The notes under the pieces: model-generated
Database searches by the model: none
What the model saw: the letters and a program-made list of their open reading frames with translations, nothing else
What the model was told of the DNA's origin: nothing
DNA from: Clostridiaceae bacterium
GTDB taxonomy: Bacteria > Bacillota > Clostridia > Acetivibrionales > DUMC01
Assembly: GCA_012512865.1 (NCBI GenBank)
Contig: JAAZDH010000115.1
Span: 1 to 37,454 of the forward strand
Direction: 5' to 3'
DNA length: 37,454 nucleotides
In this document: one piece after another, positions 35,295 through 37,454 of the stretch
Layout: the number at the start of each line of letters is the position of its first letter
How positions within the stretch are numbered: position 1 is the stretch's first letter
Made by a program: the position numbers and the translations under genes

Positions 35295-36056
35295 CTAATT
35301 ATAAATGGACACAAGTATGCCGCAGATTATCCCAAGTACGCTGCCGATCGAGGACAGGCGGCCGAGATATATTTTTTTTGATTCCGGGACAAGCTCCACG
35401 AAAACTATGTAAAGCATGGCCCCTGCTGCAAAACCAAGGCACGCTGCAATGAAGCCACTGGATATTCCGCCAAGAAGGGCCCCAAAAAGTGCTCCTATTC
35501 CCATGGGGATGCCGGACAGCAGGGTATAAAAGAAAGTCTTTGCCCTGGTAAAACCGCCGAACTTCATGGGTATGGCCATGGCAATTCCCTCGGGGATATC
35601 GTGTATGACAATAACCAGTGTGACTGTTGCCCCAAGCTTTAGCGAAGCCTGGAACCCGGACCCTACGGCAAACCCTTCAGGGAAGTTATGCAGGGCGATT
35701 CCTACAGCCACGAGAATCCCGGTTTTCAACAGGTTGCCCCTTCCCTTGCTTTTATTAAAAATGGCTAGCTTTTTTACATGGCTTTCAATTAGTATAATTG
35801 CTGCAATTCCTGAAAAAATGCCTGCAAAAGTAATGACAGGTCCGCTAAGTTCAAGGGCTTCCGGTATTAGCTCGAAGCAGACCACGGAGGTCATCAATCC
35901 GCCCGAAAACTCCAGGATAAAGCCCATAAAGCGGTTGCTTATCTTATTTATGAAGAGAGCCAGTAAAGCGCCAATACCCGTACCGGTTATTCCCGATATA
36001 AAACCCAGGAGCGTTATTTTTGCCATGTAAGCCGCCTGCGACAAAAAATTACCCAT
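35295..36056 (-). CDS. ZIP family divalent metal transporter (ZupT-like)
   Basis: The protein is polytopic, with the paired motifs HNFPEGFAVG and HDIPEGIAMA. The start may be ATG 36026 (MAKITLL..., preceded by AGGCGG) rather than 36056. Confidence 0.85.
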   Translation of the reverse strand: MGNFLSQAAYMAKITLLGFISGITGTGIGALLALFINKISNRFMGFILEFSGGLMTSVVCFELIPEALELSGPVITFAGIFSGIAAIILIESHVKKLAIFNKSKGRGNLLKTGILVAVGIALHNFPEGFAVGSGFQASLKLGATVTLVIVIHDIPEGIAMAIPMKFGGFTRAKTFFYTLLSGIPMGIGALFGALLGGISSGFIAACLGFAAGAMLYIVFVELVPESKKIYLGRLSSIGSVLGIICGILVSIYN

Positions 36057-36253
36057 CGATCATAAATCTTAATCTTTAATCTATTAGCTCCTTACATTAA
36101 CTTAATCATTTTCTTAACCGGGGCAATTATTTAAGCAACTGTCAAGGCTTGGCATTAAGACAAGCCCTGCTTCCATTTGCCATTTACATATATATTCTTG
36201 AGTTTGCTGTAAAATGATTTTTTTGCCGTTCAATACCTGTTTCACTGTATTAT

Positions 36254-37333
36254 TTATTCGTTGCTTGCGGCGCCCATGGCTAATTTTTTCGCCTGATCGT
36301 TGGTGGCAAGGGCATCAAAAATCTCTTCCAGGTCTCCATCCAATATTTCTTCCAGCTTGTATAGAGTTAACCCTATCCTGTGATCGGTAACCCTTCCCTG
36401 GGGGTAATTGTAGGTACGAACCCTTTCGCTCCTATCACCGGTACCGACCTGGCTTTTCCTTGCCTGGGCAATCTCGGTTTCCTGCTCTAGCTGCGCAAGT
36501 TCATAAAGCTTAGAGCGCAAAATTTTCATGGCTCTTTCCCTGTTTTTATGCTGTGAGCGCTCATCCTGGCATGTAACAACTATTCCGGTAGGTATGTGCG
36601 TAATCCTTACGGCGGAATCGGTTTTATTGATGTGCTGGCCTCCCGCTCCTCCTGCCCTGAAGGTGTCAATTTGAAGGTCTGCTGGGTTGATTTCAACCTC
36701 GACTTCGTCAACCTCGGGGAGCACAGCCACCGTAACGGTTGAAGTATGAATACGCCCGCTTGCTTCGGTGGTGGGAACCCTTTGCACCCTATGGACACCG
36801 CTTTCATATTTCAGCCTGCTGTATGCACCCTTGGCATCTATGGAAAACACAATTTCCTTGAAGCCACCAAGTTCCGTGGGATTCGAGTCCAGGATTTCCA
36901 TTTTCCAATGCCTTCGTTCTGCGTAGCGGCAATACATCCTGAAAAGCACGCCTGCAAATAGTGCGGCTTCTTCTCCTCCTGCGCCGGCCCTGATTTCCAT
37001 GATGACACTCCTTTCGTCATTAGGGTCCTTGGGGAGAAGAAGTATTTTAAGTTCCGTTTCCACCTGCTCAAGTTTTGTGCGGGCTTCATCAAGCTCAGCC
37101 AAAACCATTTCCTGGAATTCCTTTTCAAGTTTTTGATTTAGAAGCTCCCTTGCATCGTCAATATCCTTCTTTACCTTTTCATATTCCCTGTATTTTAAAA
37201 CAATTGGCTCCAGGTTCGAATACTCTTTCATAAGTTTCTTGTATTCTTCATAGTTGTTTACAACTGAAGGATCGCCCAATCTATTATTTATTTCTTCGTA
37301 CCTGTTTTCTGCATTTTTCAGATTGTCAAACAC
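36254..37333 (-). CDS. prfA: peptide chain release factor 1
   Basis: The GGQ loop is [25 protein letters not shown], the RF1-type tripeptide region is [17 protein letters not shown], and the N-terminus is [22 protein letters not shown] prefer GTG 37333, 6 nt after GAGGTG, over the long ORF start at 37408. Confidence 0.92.
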   Translation of the reverse strand: MFDNLKNAENRYEEINNRLGDPSVVNNYEEYKKLMKEYSNLEPIVLKYREYEKVKKDIDDARELLNQKLEKEFQEMVLAELDEARTKLEQVETELKILLLPKDPNDERSVIMEIRAGAGGEEAALFAGVLFRMYCRYAERRHWKMEILDSNPTELGGFKEIVFSIDAKGAYSRLKYESGVHRVQRVPTTEASGRIHTSTVTVAVLPEVDEVEVEINPADLQIDTFRAGGAGGQHINKTDSAVRITHIPTGIVVTCQDERSQHKNRERAMKILRSKLYELAQLEQETEIAQARKSQVGTGDRSERVRTYNYPQGRVTDHRIGLTLYKLEEILDGDLEEIFDALATNDQAKKLAMGAASNE

Positions 37334-37422
37334 GCATTTCACCTCAAGTTCGCCTATTTTTCCTATCTTTATGCGAGATATGGGTAAGACAATACCCTTT
37401 ATCTTCACATTTTGCCTTTACT

Positions 37423-37449
37423 ATTCTACCATAAAAAAAGATGGCACAA
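37423..37449 (-). promoter_or_regulatory. extended -10 promoter candidate for prfA
   Basis: On the - strand: TTGTGC, a 15-nt spacer, then TGGTAGAAT (TGn plus TAGAAT). Confidence 0.3.
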
Positions 37450-37454
37450 AAGAA

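Noticed and set aside
36094-36108. A Fur/Zur-like operator (- strand TGATTAAGTTAATGT) about 40 nt upstream of the ZIP transporter start.
   Set aside because: The half-sites match each other at only about 5 of 7 positions, and the match to the Fur-box consensus is roughly 9 of 15. In such AT-rich DNA this is within chance expectation.
37334-37408. The long start (37408) for prfA and the long start (28965) for tagO.
   Set aside because: RF1 proteins begin at the (M)FD.L motif, and GTG 37333 has a GAGGTG SD. For tagO, ATG 28875 is SD-preceded and the 30-aa extension is Leu-rich filler derived from the upstream region.

Overview
This 37.5 kb segment looks like chromosome from a low-GC Gram-positive, Clostridia-like organism. 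That call rests on the SLH-domain protein, the Firmicute-type Flp1-like pilin, LtaS, TagO/WecB and GGAGG-type ribosome-binding sites.

Left arm (1-12 kb):
- a sugar/hexuronate-type metabolism pair (a TIM-barrel isomerase and a mannitol-dehydrogenase-family reductase)
- an AraC regulator divergent from a heterodimeric ABC exporter pair
- a DagK/BmrU-type lipid kinase
- an LtaS-family transferase

Centre (about 12.2-26.4 kb): an entirely + strand accessory block behind a consensus sigma-A promoter. In order it encodes a TadZ/CpaE-like ATPase, CpaF/TadA, TadB (split by a G8 homopolymer frameshift), TadC, a Flp1-like prepilin, a two-TM FHA protein, a 3xSLH protein and a 1865-aa secreted giant protein. 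No prepilin peptidase, minor pilins or CpaB are visible in the window. I consider this block the best candidate for an undescribed surface system.

Right arm (26.4-37.4 kb, mostly - strand): a conserved housekeeping neighbourhood of wecB, tagO, dCMP deaminase, rpiB, an LMW phosphatase, tsaC/sua5 and then prfA. It is interrupted by two tandem DUF2961/GH172 paralogs and a ZIP metal transporter.

A window-wide oddity is that nearly every longer intergenic spacer, and several gene termini, are filled with short-period degenerate tandem repeats (11-27 bp units).

All family calls come from reading motifs in the supplied translations. No database search was run.
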